A stretch of DNA of 64,000 nt from Clostridiaceae bacterium (lineage in GTDB: Bacteria > Bacillota > Clostridia > Oscillospirales > Acutalibacteraceae): contig JAEEWM010000005.1 in assembly GCA_016287385.1 (NCBI GenBank), positions 8,746 through 72,745 on the forward strand, given 5' to 3'. Made by a program: the position numbers and the translations under genes. A model generated the notes under the pieces. The model ran no database searches. It had not been told where the DNA came from and saw nothing but the letters and a program-made list of their open reading frames with translations. This document shows positions 1 to 9,576 of the stretch, in pieces; position 1 is the stretch's first letter, and every line of letters begins with the position of its first letter.

Positions 1-41
1 ATACTGCCGAGATATATAAGACCGTATATCAGAAACTCCAT
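1..41 (-). CDS. 5' end of an unidentified leftward gene that runs off the window
   Basis: Minus strand reads AAGGAGAGG, 4 nt, ATG GAG TTT CTG ATA TAC... (MEFLIYGLIYLGS). Only 13 codons are visible. Confidence 0.25.
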   Translation of the reverse strand, partial: MEFLIYGLIYLGS

Positions 42-193
42 ATCGCCTCTCCTTTCGGTACGGTTGGCGGATTACTGAATAATTATATGCGTATTTCCCG
101 TTTTAGTCAATAAAGACTTTATACGGGCGGTTCCTCCCGTTTCGTCCGCATAACTTTTTCTTGTAATCGTAAAGATATTGGTATATAATAACT

Positions 194-919
194 GTGTATA
201 TTTATTTTGGAGTGATATGCGTGATTCTGAGTTTCATCGGCGGCGGTTTTGATATCTGGCAGGTGCTTGCGGCGCTTCTTTCCGCGGCGGCGGTAATATT
301 TCTTACCCTCCCGGTGCATGAGTTTGCTCACGGTTTTATCGCCGATAAGCTCGGCGACCCCACACCGCGCCGTCAGGGCAGGCTTACGCTCAACCCCCTT
401 GCGCACCTTGACCCGATAGGCTCGCTCGGCATACTGCTTTTCGGCATCGGCTGGGCAAAACCGGTAGGTATCAACGCGCGCTATTTCAGGAACCCTAAAC
501 GCGATATGGCTCTGACCGCGCTTGCGGGCCCTGTTTCAAACGTAATAATGGCGTTTATCGTGCTGTTTCTTACAAATCTTGTTTTTTTCTTTGCAAAAGA
601 CGGCGAAATAGGCTCTGTAACCGCCTTTATTATAATTGCGATGTATTATATCGCAAACATAAACGTTTATCTCGCGGTTTTTAATTTTATACCCGTGCCG
701 CCTTTTGACGGCTCGCGTGTGCTGTTTGCGTTTTTGCCGACGAGGTATTATTTCGCGATAATGCGGTACGAGCGGTACATTTTTATCGGAATACTCATTC
801 TTTTATATACCCGCGTGCTTGATTATCCGCTGTCGGTCGCTTCAAATTATATTATGAGCAGGCTTTCATATTTATCGGGTCTGCCGTTCGGAGTAAGCGT
901 ATTTAACCATATTATTTAA
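194..919 (+). CDS. site-2 protease family (peptidase M50) integral membrane metalloprotease
   Basis: Hydrophobic 241-aa ORF with HEFAHG (HExxH) and NFIPVPPFDG motifs typical of M50. Start is uncertain: GTG 194, or in-frame GTG 221 after GGAG. Confidence 0.85.
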   Translation: MYIYFGVICVILSFIGGGFDIWQVLAALLSAAAVIFLTLPVHEFAHGFIADKLGDPTPRRQGRLTLNPLAHLDPIGSLGILLFGIGWAKPVGINARYFRNPKRDMALTALAGPVSNVIMAFIVLFLTNLVFFFAKDGEIGSVTAFIIIAMYYIANINVYLAVFNFIPVPPFDGSRVLFAFLPTRYYFAIMRYERYIFIGILILLYTRVLDYPLSVASNYIMSRLSYLSGLPFGVSVFNHII

Positions 920-952
920 CAAAAATATTATTTTGCGAAAGGAGGCTCGCCG

Positions 953-1699
953 GTGCAAGCTGTACAAAACGCCGAATCAAAGCCGTTTTACAGGCTTGAT
1001 GATTTTGAAGGTCCGCTTGATTTGCTTCTTCAGTTGATTTCAAAAAACAAGCTTAATATTCACGATATCATGCTTTCGGTGCTTATCGACCAGTATCTTG
1101 AACAGATAGAATACTTCCGTCAGCAGGAAATGGATATCGCCAGCGAGTTTCTTGAAATGGCGTCGCGCCTTATCTATATGAAAACCGTAAGTCTGCTTCC
1201 GCGGCACGATGAGATAGAACGCTTGAAGGAAGAACTTACCGGCGAACTGCTTGAATACAGTATTTGCCGTGAAATGGCGGCAAAGCTTTCAACTATGACC
1301 GACGGTTTCGATAAATTCGTAAAACTGCCCGCGTCGTATGATTTCGACTCGGCGTACGAGCTTTCGCACGACAGCGAGGTATTGCTTTCCTCGTACCTTT
1401 CGGCGGTAAACCGAGCAAAGCGGCTCGCGCCGCCGAACGTCGCTCCGTTTACGCGGATAGTCGCCAAAAAAATAGTCGCGGTATCCACCAAAATCGTTTT
1501 CGTAATAAGAAAACTCGCGTTTACCGGTAAAACGAAGCTAAGCTCGCTTTATAAGACCGCGAAGAGCCGTTCGGAGCTTGTCGCCACATTTCTCGCGGTG
1601 CTTGAACTTTGCAAGGCAAACCGCGTGAAAATCGGCTCTGCCGACGCCGGCGACGCCGAAATTAAACTTGTTAAGGGGCATAAGAGAGATGAACAATAA
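953..1699 (+). CDS. scpA: segregation and condensation protein A (kleisin)
   Basis: GPLDLLLQLISKNKLNIHDI N-terminal signature. GTG start follows AGGAGG. scpB lies directly downstream. Confidence 0.9.
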   Translation: MQAVQNAESKPFYRLDDFEGPLDLLLQLISKNKLNIHDIMLSVLIDQYLEQIEYFRQQEMDIASEFLEMASRLIYMKTVSLLPRHDEIERLKEELTGELLEYSICREMAAKLSTMTDGFDKFVKLPASYDFDSAYELSHDSEVLLSSYLSAVNRAKRLAPPNVAPFTRIVAKKIVAVSTKIVFVIRKLAFTGKTKLSSLYKTAKSRSELVATFLAVLELCKANRVKIGSADAGDAEIKLVKGHKRDEQ

Positions 1700-2288
1700 A
1701 AAGACAGTTTCGGCGCTTGAAGCGGTGCTTTATGCCTCGGGCGACCCGATAGGAATTGACAGACTTTCGCAGGTTTTCGATATTAAGCCCGAGCAGGTCG
1801 AAAAGGCGGCGGAATCGCTTGCGGCGCGGCTCAACGAATCGGGAAGCGGGCTTGAACTTCTGCGGCTCGATAATTCTTATCAGCTTGCCACAAAGACTGA
1901 TTTTGCCGATTATATCAAAAAGGCGTTCGACTTAAAACGCAGGACCCCGCTCTCCGCGGCGGCGTTTGAGGTGCTTTCGGTAATCGCTTACAACCAGCCG
2001 GTAACGCGCGCGTTTGTCGAACAGGTGCGCGGCGTTGACTGCTCAGGCGTTATAACCACGCTTGTCGAAAAGGAGCTTATCGAGGAGCGCGGCAGACTTG
2101 AACTGCCGGGCAGGCCGCTTCTTTACGGCACTACAAAGAACTTTTTGCGTTGCTTCGGGCTTTCCGATTTATCCGATTTACCGCCGCTTCCCAAAGAGCA
2201 GAACGCGGTAAACGACGTGGGCGAGCAGCTTCCGATTTCCGAGGAGCTTGACGGCGCAGCCGATACCGACGGAGAGCTTGAACCGTGA
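1689..2288 (+). CDS. scpB: segregation and condensation protein B
   Basis: SALEAVLYASGDPI start and winged-helix ScpB pattern. ATG 1689 overlaps the scpA end; the ORF-track start 1668 is an upstream TTG. Confidence 0.9.
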   Translation: MNNKKTVSALEAVLYASGDPIGIDRLSQVFDIKPEQVEKAAESLAARLNESGSGLELLRLDNSYQLATKTDFADYIKKAFDLKRRTPLSAAAFEVLSVIAYNQPVTRAFVEQVRGVDCSGVITTLVEKELIEERGRLELPGRPLLYGTTKNFLRCFGLSDLSDLPPLPKEQNAVNDVGEQLPISEELDGAADTDGELEP

Positions 2289-2914
2289 TAGCGCTGTACG
2301 TTACAGGCGGAATACTTCTTCTGCTGTTTTGCATTTTGATTATCCCGATAAGCGTTGAGCTTCGCTTTCACGACGAAGTGTCCGCGCTCGTCAGATACGG
2401 CGGCATAAAGGTCTTTGATACTTCAAAGAACCCGGAAAAAACCGAAAAACTGGCGGCGGCGCACGGTAAAAAGAATACCGGGGACGGTAAGAAAGCAAAA
2501 AAACCGAAGAAGAAAAGCTTTATTGCCGAAATATTCGAGAAAAAAGGAAAAATAGAGGGGATAAAGTTTTGCGCGCGGCTTATAAAGGCGGTGCTGCTTA
2601 AAACCGTTTGGGTGATTAAGAAAATAAAATTCCGCAACCTCTTTCTTGATATATGCGTTTCAACCGGTGACGCGGCGAACACCGCTATTGTATACGGCGA
2701 GGTTTGCGCGGTCGTGTATCCGGTGATAAATCTTATCGATAACATGACGACTCTTACCGTGAAAAAGGTAAACGTCCGCACCGATTTTGATAAATTAAGC
2801 CCCGATATCGAGGCGGCGGTTCTGCTTAAAACCCGCCTTATCTACGGGCTTATCGCACTTATATCTTTGTATTTTACCTACCTTAAACTTAAAAAGGAAA
2901 GTGATAAAAAATGA
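2285..2914 (+). CDS. DUF2953/YtfI-like membrane protein
   Basis: N-terminal TM helix and Lys-rich linker. GTGA overlap with scpB and ATGA overlap with ytfJ, matching the Bacillus ytfI-ytfJ order. Family call is from memory only. Confidence 0.55.
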   Translation: MIALYVTGGILLLLFCILIIPISVELRFHDEVSALVRYGGIKVFDTSKNPEKTEKLAAAHGKKNTGDGKKAKKPKKKSFIAEIFEKKGKIEGIKFCARLIKAVLLKTVWVIKKIKFRNLFLDICVSTGDAANTAIVYGEVCAVVYPVINLIDNMTTLTVKKVNVRTDFDKLSPDIEAAVLLKTRLIYGLIALISLYFTYLKLKKESDKK

Positions 2915-3300
2915 GTGACAATAATCTTAGCAACCTTATGGAAATAGCGACCGAGAAACTGCGCGCGATGGTGGACGCCGATACCATTATCGGCACGCCG
3001 CTTTCGGTCGGTAAAATAACGCTCATTCCGGTATCTAAAATATCGTTCGGGCTTGCCACCGGCGGCAGTGATTTTCCCACAAAGAATTCCGGCACCGTTT
3101 TCGGCGGCGGGGGAGGAGCGGGTATGACGGTAAGCCCCGTTGCGTTTATAGCGGTGAACGGCGAAAACGTCCATATGCTCCCGGTGTATAATGAAATGGG
3201 CACTATGGATAAGGCGATAAATATGGCGCCCGAGCTTATCGATAAAGTCAAGAGCCTGTTTTCAAGGAAAAAGAATACCGATATCGATACATTTGAATAA
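2911..3300 (+). CDS. ytfJ: sporulation protein YtfJ (GerW family)
   Basis: GTPLSVGKITLIPVSKISFGLATGG and the GGGGGAG core are typical of YtfJ/GerW. Confidence 0.85.
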   Translation: MSDNNLSNLMEIATEKLRAMVDADTIIGTPLSVGKITLIPVSKISFGLATGGSDFPTKNSGTVFGGGGGAGMTVSPVAFIAVNGENVHMLPVYNEMGTMDKAINMAPELIDKVKSLFSRKKNTDIDTFE

Positions 3301-3341
3301 TTCCGACTGCTCACTCATATTAGTATTTATGGGTGTTCGGG

Positions 3342-4445
3342 ATGAAAAAAGTTTTTTGTGTGATTCTTGTTATCAGCGCTCTTTTCGCCGCGGGATGTCC
3401 GGTTTACGCCGTCTCGGCGAAAGCGGCGGTTGTCATAAACGGCGATACGGGTGATATCCTCTATTCAAATAACGCCGATGTGCGGCTGCCCATGGCGAGC
3501 ACGACTAAAATAATGACCGCCCTGATACTGCTTGAAAACTGCGCCGACCTTGACGGCGAGATAGTGACCGCAAAGGAAATGGTTACGGTAGAGGGCTCGT
3601 CAATGGGTCTGCTTGAAGGTGACAGGGTATCATATCGCGCTCTGCTTTACGGTATGATGCTTGCCTCCGGCAACGACGCCGCGAATACTGTGGCGATAGC
3701 TATCGGCGGCAGTGTTGAAAAATTTGTCGGTATGATGAACGCAAAAGCCGCCGAACTGAATCTGAAAAGCACTCATTTCGTGACGCCCTCCGGTCTTGAC
3801 GCCGAAGGGCATTATACAACGGCGTACGAGTTGGCGCTGATTACCCGCGAGGCGCTTAAAAATCCAGATTTCGCGCTTGCCGCCGCGGCAAAAAGCGCAA
3901 CGCTCTGCTACGGAAACCCGCCGTATCGCAGAACGCTTACAAATCATAACAGGCTCCTTTTTATGTATGACGACGTAATAGGCGTCAAAACCGGGTTTAC
4001 GAAGAAATCGGGCAGATGCCTTGTATCCGCCGCCAAAAAGGACGGCAAATACGTAATAGCCGTGACGCTTAACGACGGCGACGACTGGGCTGACCACCGC
4101 TTTTTGCTTGACGCGGGGCTCGGCGCCATAGAGGTTTACGATTATAAGCAGGAGAGCAAAACCTTATCCATCCCCGTGATAGGCGGCGAGTTTGAAGCGG
4201 TCGAAGGGGTCGCCGGCGCCGCCGGGTTTTCAATAACCAAGGGACAGGACGTAAAGATAGCGGTTTGCGCTCCGCGTTTTCTGTACGCGCCGGTTGAGGA
4301 AAACGCCGTCGTCGCAAGTATAGAGTATTACGGCGCCGGCAGACTTTTATATAAAAGCAATGTGACGGTAAAGCGCGTCGGTGAAAAAAAGATTTCAAAG
4401 CTCAATCTGTTTTTTGAAATATTCAAAATCATTCTCGGGAGTTAG
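3342..4445 (+). CDS. serine-type D-Ala-D-Ala carboxypeptidase (PBP5/DacB-DacF class)
   Basis: Signal peptide, then SxxK (ASTTK), SxN (SGN) and KTG motifs in canonical order. ATG 3342 chosen; the ORF-track start is 3333. Confidence 0.85.
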   Translation: MKKVFCVILVISALFAAGCPVYAVSAKAAVVINGDTGDILYSNNADVRLPMASTTKIMTALILLENCADLDGEIVTAKEMVTVEGSSMGLLEGDRVSYRALLYGMMLASGNDAANTVAIAIGGSVEKFVGMMNAKAAELNLKSTHFVTPSGLDAEGHYTTAYELALITREALKNPDFALAAAAKSATLCYGNPPYRRTLTNHNRLLFMYDDVIGVKTGFTKKSGRCLVSAAKKDGKYVIAVTLNDGDDWADHRFLLDAGLGAIEVYDYKQESKTLSIPVIGGEFEAVEGVAGAAGFSITKGQDVKIAVCAPRFLYAPVEENAVVASIEYYGAGRLLYKSNVTVKRVGEKKISKLNLFFEIFKIILGS

Positions 4446-4446
4446 T

Positions 4447-5187
4447 ATGAAGGATAATAAAATACGGCTTCAAAAGTTTTTGTCCGAGTGCGGTGTGGCT
4501 TCGCGCCGTAAGGCGGAGGAGCTTATAGCCGAAGGCAAAGTAAAGGTAAACGGACGCGTCGCCCTGATAGGCGACAGTGTGGACGCGAAACGCGACAAGG
4601 TGACCGTAAAGGGCAAAAGAGCGGTCCCGCAGAACAAAAAGGTCTATATAATGTTAAACAAGCCGCGCGGATACGTTACCACGTTAAAGGATGAGTTTGA
4701 CCGCAAAACCGTAAACGACCTCGTAAAGGACGCGGGCGTGCGTGTTTTTCCCGTGGGCAGACTGGACAAGGACTCAGAGGGACTTTTGTTTCTGACAAAC
4801 GACGGCGCCTTCGCCAACGGTATAACCCATCCGTCGCGTCACGTCAACAAGACTTACGACGTTACGGTAAGAGGCGCGGTCGATGACAAGCAAATCGAAG
4901 CGCTTATGTCCGGCGTGGAAATAGACGGCGGAAAAACGCTTCCCTGCGAGGTTTTCGTAACAGAGCGTAAAACCGACCGCACCGGTTTGAAGTTTATAAT
5001 AAGCGAGGGCAGAAACCGTCAGATAAGAAAAATGTGCGAGGCGGTAAGGCTTGAAGTTATAAGACTTAAACGGGTCGAGATAGCCGGAGTTAAGCTCGGC
5101 GGACTTAAACTCGGCGCGTGGCGTGAGCTTAACGAACGCGAAATGACAAGACTTACAAATATATCGAAGGAAAAGGAAGAATTATGA
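4447..5187 (+). CDS. rluB: 23S rRNA pseudouridine synthase, RsuA/RluB family
   Basis: S4 domain (LQKFLSECGVASRRKAEELI) plus catalytic GRLDKDSEGLL. ATG 4447 sits just after the dac stop; the ORF-track start 4381 overlaps dac. Confidence 0.85.
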   Translation: MKDNKIRLQKFLSECGVASRRKAEELIAEGKVKVNGRVALIGDSVDAKRDKVTVKGKRAVPQNKKVYIMLNKPRGYVTTLKDEFDRKTVNDLVKDAGVRVFPVGRLDKDSEGLLFLTNDGAFANGITHPSRHVNKTYDVTVRGAVDDKQIEALMSGVEIDGGKTLPCEVFVTERKTDRTGLKFIISEGRNRQIRKMCEAVRLEVIRLKRVEIAGVKLGGLKLGAWRELNEREMTRLTNISKEKEEL

Positions 5188-5555
5188 TAACGGTAGCGCC
5201 TGTCAAAGACAAAAACGAAATTAAAGAGTATTATAAAAAAGCCGGAATAAACGCGGACGATTGCGCCGGGTGCGTTGCGGCAAAATCGGGCGGGGCGGTG
5301 CTTGGATTCTGCCTTTACACACTTACCGAAAAGGGAATAACGGTTTTGTTTGTCGCACCCGACGACGATTTATCCCTTGCCGACGGTATTTTGCGCTCCG
5401 CGCTTCACGTCGCGGCTTCGCGCGGCGCCATGGACGCGCGATACGAAGGCGGGAAAACCGAGGTTCTCCTTTCAAAACTCGGTTTTATACTCGATAAAAA
5501 CAGTAAAAAAGTGGATATTGATAAACTGTTTCGCGGGTGCGGCGGCAACTGCTAA
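5184..5555 (+). CDS. small hypothetical protein, weak GNAT-like resemblance
   Basis: 123 aa with ATGA overlap with rluB. The acetyltransferase-core resemblance is loose. Function unknown. Confidence 0.5.
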   Translation: MITVAPVKDKNEIKEYYKKAGINADDCAGCVAAKSGGAVLGFCLYTLTEKGITVLFVAPDDDLSLADGILRSALHVAASRGAMDARYEGGKTEVLLSKLGFILDKNSKKVDIDKLFRGCGGNC

Positions 5556-5644
5556 AAAAGTTCTTGCAAATTCGGAAAAAGTGTGATATTATATCCTTTA
5601 CCGAAATATTGCGTGTTCCGCTTAATATACAGGAGGTTAAACAC

Positions 5645-5896
5645 ATGGGCGTTTGGAAAATCATTTTGGGAATATCGGTTATAATCCTTTCGTTGTTTAT
5701 AATCATCGTTATTCTGCTCCAGCAGGGTCACAGAGCCGGCATCACCGGCGCTATTTCCGGCGGTGCGGATACTTTCCTCTCGAAGAACAAGGCGCGTACT
5801 TTTGACGCGACTCTGGCGCGCTTTACAAAGTATATCGCAATACTGTTCTTCATTCTTGCCATAGTGGCAAACTACATCGCGCTTCGCGGTAAATAA
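5645..5896 (+). CDS. secG: preprotein translocase subunit SecG
   Basis: 83-aa two-TM protein with the QQG...GAISGGADTF motif. AGGAGG precedes ATG 5645 and a terminator follows. Confidence 0.85.
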   Translation: MGVWKIILGISVIILSLFIIIVILLQQGHRAGITGAISGGADTFLSKNKARTFDATLARFTKYIAILFFILAIVANYIALRGK

Positions 5897-5908
5897 TCCT
5901 TGCGGTTT

Positions 5909-5939
5909 GCGCCCCTCGTTCCGAGGGGCGCGTTTTTTT
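5909..5939 (+). terminator. rho-independent terminator after secG
   Basis: GCGCCCCTCG-ttc-CGAGGGGCGC followed by GTTTTTTT. Confidence 0.9.
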
Positions 5940-6026
5940 ATGTCCGCGCTTTAATACAGTAAAGTAAAGAACGGGCGGTCTTTTTTGTGCAAGTATACAA
6001 AACTGCCGGAAAAAGCAAAAAAACAC

Positions 6027-6055
6027 TTTACAACTTTAATGTGATAAAGTATAAT
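6027..6055 (+). promoter_or_regulatory. sigma-A type promoter of the amino-acid ABC operon
   Basis: TTTACA, 17 nt, TATAAT, about 45 nt upstream of ATG 6101. Confidence 0.6.
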
Positions 6056-6100
6056 TACAACATCAAAAAAACGGGTGAAATCCCAAAAGGAGTAATCAGA

Positions 6101-6934
6101 ATGAAAAAGATTATTGCAATTATGCTCGCACTGCTTATGCTTCTTGCTTTTGCGGGATGCGGCAAAAAGGAAAAGGCAAAGCTCAAAATCATAAACGAGG
6201 AGCTCGGCGCCGAACAGTACGGTATCGCTTTCAGAAGCGGCGATGAGGAAACCTGCAATTATATAGAAGCGGCGGTAGCGGAGCTTGTAAGGAGCGGCAA
6301 ATACAAAGAAATTGCCGATAAGTATCCCGATATAGTCAACAGTCTTTTGTTCCTGAACGGGACAGACGTCGCGAAGGATGACGGCGCGCTTGATTTATCA
6401 AAGGCCGGCAGCCGTACCTTCATTCAGGGTATAGACCCCGAATATCCGCCGTTCAGCTATGTTGGCGACGACGGAGAGTACGCCGGTTTTGACGTTGAAA
6501 TATGCAAAGCGGCATGCGACCTTCTCGGCTGGGAGCATAAGATTTTCGGCGTAAACTGGGATCAGAAGCTCATCCAGCTTGACGCGAAGGAATGCGACTG
6601 CGTATGGGCGGGTATGACGATACTTGACACTATGAAAGAGGCGGGTTACGTTATCTCCGCACCGTATTTTGACAATACTCAGGTTGTAGTCGTTAAGGAT
6701 GACAGCGGCATCAAATCCTCAAAGGACCTTAAAGGCAAGGTTGTCGCGGTTCAGCTCGGAACTTCGGGCGAAGCGCTGTTAAACGGCGATTTGAAGGACC
6801 TTAAAGATTCGTTCAAAGAACTTGTCACCTGCGACAGCTTCCTTAAATGCTTTACCGAGCTTGAAGGCGGCGCGGTTGACGCGGTGTTTGTAGACTACCC
6901 GGTCGCAAAATCGTACATTGCAGACAAGAAATAA
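6101..6934 (+). CDS. polar amino-acid ABC transporter substrate-binding lipoprotein, apparently circularly permuted
   Basis: Lipobox LLAFAGC. The SBP_bac_3 core (DPEYPPFSY...GFDVEICKA...WAGMTI...KGKVVAVQLGTSGE...VDAVFVDYPVAKSY) ends the protein. The segment that is normally C-terminal (LGAEQYGIAFRSGDEE...VAELVRSGKYKEIADKY) sits right after the lipobox. Confidence 0.85.
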   Translation: MKKIIAIMLALLMLLAFAGCGKKEKAKLKIINEELGAEQYGIAFRSGDEETCNYIEAAVAELVRSGKYKEIADKYPDIVNSLLFLNGTDVAKDDGALDLSKAGSRTFIQGIDPEYPPFSYVGDDGEYAGFDVEICKAACDLLGWEHKIFGVNWDQKLIQLDAKECDCVWAGMTILDTMKEAGYVISAPYFDNTQVVVVKDDSGIKSSKDLKGKVVAVQLGTSGEALLNGDLKDLKDSFKELVTCDSFLKCFTELEGGAVDAVFVDYPVAKSYIADKK

Positions 6935-7017
6935 AAAAGAGTTTATCCGGAATCAGTTAAGCCCTCCCGCCCGGGGGGCTTAAACTGCAATTTCAAGACG
7001 TGAAATGAGGTTTTATT

Positions 7018-7668
7018 TTGACCCTTACCACAATGATTCAGAAGATGAGCGAGGGACTCGGAAATACCTGCGCGATATTCTTTTACACCTTGCTTTTTGC
7101 TCTGCCGCTCGGCGTCGTTTTCGCACTGCTTCGTATGAGCAAAAACATCGTTATATCAAAGCTGACGCAGTTAATTGTTTCGGTGCTGCGCGGAACTCCG
7201 CTTATGCTGCAGCTCCTTGCGGTTACATACGGCCCGTATTACCTTTTCGGTATGAGTATTTCAAGAAACAAGCTGATACCGGTCGTAATTGCTTTTTCGA
7301 TAAACTACGCGGCGTATTTTTCCGAGATATACAGAGGCGGTATCGAATCGATTTCGGTAGGACAGTATGAGGCGGCGGCGATTCTCGGCTACTCGAAGGC
7401 GCAGACGTTTATAAAAATCATTCTTCCGCAGGTGATAAGAAGAATACTGCCGAGCGTTACAAACGAAATAGTCACTCTCGTAAAAGATACCTCTATCGCG
7501 TTTACGGTATCATATCAGGAGATGTTTACAATAGGTAAGCAGATAGCAAACTCACAGACCAGCTTTATGCCGTTTGTGGTGGCAGGTGTGTTCTATTACA
7601 TTTTCAACGCTCTGGTCGGCTTCGTTATGGGCAGAGCCGAAAAAGCAATGAGCTACTACAAGCAATAG
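7018..7668 (+). CDS. amino-acid ABC transporter permease (His/Glu/Gln/Arg/opine family)
   Basis: Multi-TM protein with EAA loop [21 protein letters not shown]. Start uncertain: TTG 7018 or ATG 7033. Confidence 0.85.
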   Translation: MTLTTMIQKMSEGLGNTCAIFFYTLLFALPLGVVFALLRMSKNIVISKLTQLIVSVLRGTPLMLQLLAVTYGPYYLFGMSISRNKLIPVVIAFSINYAAYFSEIYRGGIESISVGQYEAAAILGYSKAQTFIKIILPQVIRRILPSVTNEIVTLVKDTSIAFTVSYQEMFTIGKQIANSQTSFMPFVVAGVFYYIFNALVGFVMGRAEKAMSYYKQ

Positions 7669-7678
7669 GAGAATCGGT

Positions 7679-8434
7679 ATGAATGTTTTGAAAATGACGG
7701 ATATTAAAAAGTCGTTCGGCGATAACGAAGTGCTCAAAGGCGTTTCGCTGACCGTTGACGAGGGCGAGGTCGTTTCAATTATCGGTTCTTCGGGCGGCGG
7801 AAAATCAACGCTTCTTCGCTGTGCTACGTTGCTTGAAACCGTGGACGGCGGCATAATAACGTATATGGGCGACGACGTCACCTATTACAACGCGAAGGGT
7901 AAGCTTTGTTACAGTAAGGACCTCAAAAAATTCAAGCGGGTTTTCGGGCTCGTATTTCAGAATTTTAACCTGTTTCCGCATTTCAGCGTGCTTAAAAACG
8001 TGATGGACGCGCCTGTGTCGGTGCTCGGACGGGATAAAAAAGAAGTAAGGGAAGAGTGCCTTGCGCTTCTTAATAAAATGGGACTCGGCGATAAGGCAAA
8101 AGCATATCCGTGCGAGCTTTCGGGCGGTCAGCAGCAGCGCGTCTCGATAGTCAGGGCGCTTGCAATGAAGCCGGATATACTGTTTTTTGACGAGCCGACG
8201 AGCGCTCTTGACCCGGAGCTTACCGGCGAAGTGTTGAAAGTTATAAAAAGTCTTGCGGAAGAAAAAATGACAATGGTGATAGTAACGCATGAGATGGCGT
8301 TTGCAAGGGCTGTTTCAGACCGGGTTATTTTTATCGACAACGGTATAATCGTGGAAGAGGGAACGCCGGACGACATCTTCGGCAACACTAAAAACGAAAG
8401 GACAAGACAGTTCTTACAGAACTATAACAACTGA
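7679..8434 (+). CDS. amino-acid ABC transporter ATP-binding protein
   Basis: Walker [10 protein letters not shown], signature LSGGQQQR, Walker [13 protein letters not shown]. Confidence 0.92.
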   Translation: MNVLKMTDIKKSFGDNEVLKGVSLTVDEGEVVSIIGSSGGGKSTLLRCATLLETVDGGIITYMGDDVTYYNAKGKLCYSKDLKKFKRVFGLVFQNFNLFPHFSVLKNVMDAPVSVLGRDKKEVREECLALLNKMGLGDKAKAYPCELSGGQQQRVSIVRALAMKPDILFFDEPTSALDPELTGEVLKVIKSLAEEKMTMVIVTHEMAFARAVSDRVIFIDNGIIVEEGTPDDIFGNTKNERTRQFLQNYNN

Positions 8435-9198
8435 TGAATATTGAGTATTATCTCGCCGACCCCGCCGGTAATATAACCGCGCTGGTGACGTCACCTGTTT
8501 TGCACGGCGATTATAAAACCGTTGCGAAAGTGATAATGGAAAGGCAAAAAAGCGTAGAGCAGGTCGGCTTTGTTACTTTCAGCGAAAAAGCGGTACATCT
8601 TAATATGTCCGGCGATGAGTTTTGCGGCAACGCCGCTATGTCCGCCGCCGCGCTTTACGGCGCTTTAAGCGGAAAAAGCGGCAGATTTCAAACCGGTGTT
8701 TACGTTTTCGGAACGGCAAATCCGGTGAAGACCGCGGTCACCGTAAAAGAGGGTTATTTTGCCTGCGAGTGTGAAATCGAAAAGCCGAAGTCATTAAGCG
8801 AGGTCACATTTTGCGCACAGGGAGGGCAATACCGTTTCCCGATAGTGCATTTTGAGGGAATATCTCATATTGTGGCGGACAGTTCGCTTTCGGAGAACGC
8901 CGCCGCGGGCGCCATAAAGGATATTGCCGGAAAACTCGGCGTAAAGGCCCTCGGTATAATGATTTTAAGCGGAGATAAAACCCGCATGAAGCCCATAGTG
9001 TACGTGCCCGGAGTTGATACGCTCTTTTACGAAAACTCATGCGCCAGCGGCACCTGTGCCGCGGCGGCGGTGCTGTGCCGCGCCGGCGAAAAAATAACGT
9101 TAAAGCAACCCGGCGGAGAAATATCCGCCGAAAACGCGGATAATATACGGCTTTTTTCAAAAGTAAAAATCAGTAAACTCTGTTCGGAGGAATTATAA
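8434..9198 (+). CDS. DapF-fold (PLP-independent) racemase/epimerase-like protein
   Basis: 254 aa with two Cys motifs placed as in diaminopimelate epimerase: DEFCGNAA (Cys64) and ENSCASGTCAAAA (Cys203). TGATG overlap with the ABC ATPase gene. Confidence 0.6.
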   Translation: MNIEYYLADPAGNITALVTSPVLHGDYKTVAKVIMERQKSVEQVGFVTFSEKAVHLNMSGDEFCGNAAMSAAALYGALSGKSGRFQTGVYVFGTANPVKTAVTVKEGYFACECEIEKPKSLSEVTFCAQGGQYRFPIVHFEGISHIVADSSLSENAAAGAIKDIAGKLGVKALGIMILSGDKTRMKPIVYVPGVDTLFYENSCASGTCAAAAVLCRAGEKITLKQPGGEISAENADNIRLFSKVKISKLCSEEL

Positions 9199-9199
9199 T

Positions 9200-9475
9200 A
9201 TGCAAAACAAGACGGTTTCAAAAAAAGATATTGATAATCTTTACGAGGTGATAATCAAACTCACCTCAAAAAAGGAATGCCGCGAACTCTTTGAAGATTT
9301 ATGCACCGATAAGGAAATAGAGCAGATGTCTCAGCGCATAAAAGCGGCAAAGCTGCTTATGGAAGGCAACACCTACAACCAGGTGATAAAGCAGACCGCG
9401 ATCTCTTCCGCGACGCTTTGCAGGGTATCCCGGTGCGTTCAATATGGCAAAGGTTACAGAAATTTCGTCGATTAA
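9200..9475 (+). CDS. TrpR-like YerC/YecD family DNA-binding protein
   Basis: 91 aa with the ...EIEQMSQRIKAAKLL..G.TY..V...T.IS.ATL.RVSR... pattern typical of YerC/YecD. Confidence 0.75.
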   Translation: MQNKTVSKKDIDNLYEVIIKLTSKKECRELFEDLCTDKEIEQMSQRIKAAKLLMEGNTYNQVIKQTAISSATLCRVSRCVQYGKGYRNFVD

Positions 9476-9506
9476 TGTCTAAAACTGTCAAATCGCATAA
9501 AAATGC

Positions 9507-9535
9507 TTGACATTTTTGGAAAAACAATGTATCAT
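9507..9535 (+). promoter_or_regulatory. sigma-A type promoter upstream of the sigma-factor gene
   Basis: TTGACA, 17 nt, TATCAT. Confidence 0.6.
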
Positions 9536-9576
9536 TAGTATAATTATTTTTACAAAATCGGCTTTGGTGTTTTTTT

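Noticed and set aside
6968-6992. Hairpin TAAGCCC...GGGGGCTTA between the binding-protein and permease genes as a terminator
   Set aside because: The stem is GC-rich but is followed by AAACTG rather than a T-tract. At most it is an mRNA-stabilising or partial attenuating stem-loop, so it was not called as a terminator.
7005-7370. 121-aa ORF overlapping the ABC permease start
   Set aside because: It is in a different frame from the well-supported permease ORF, is Arg-rich, and has no motif support.
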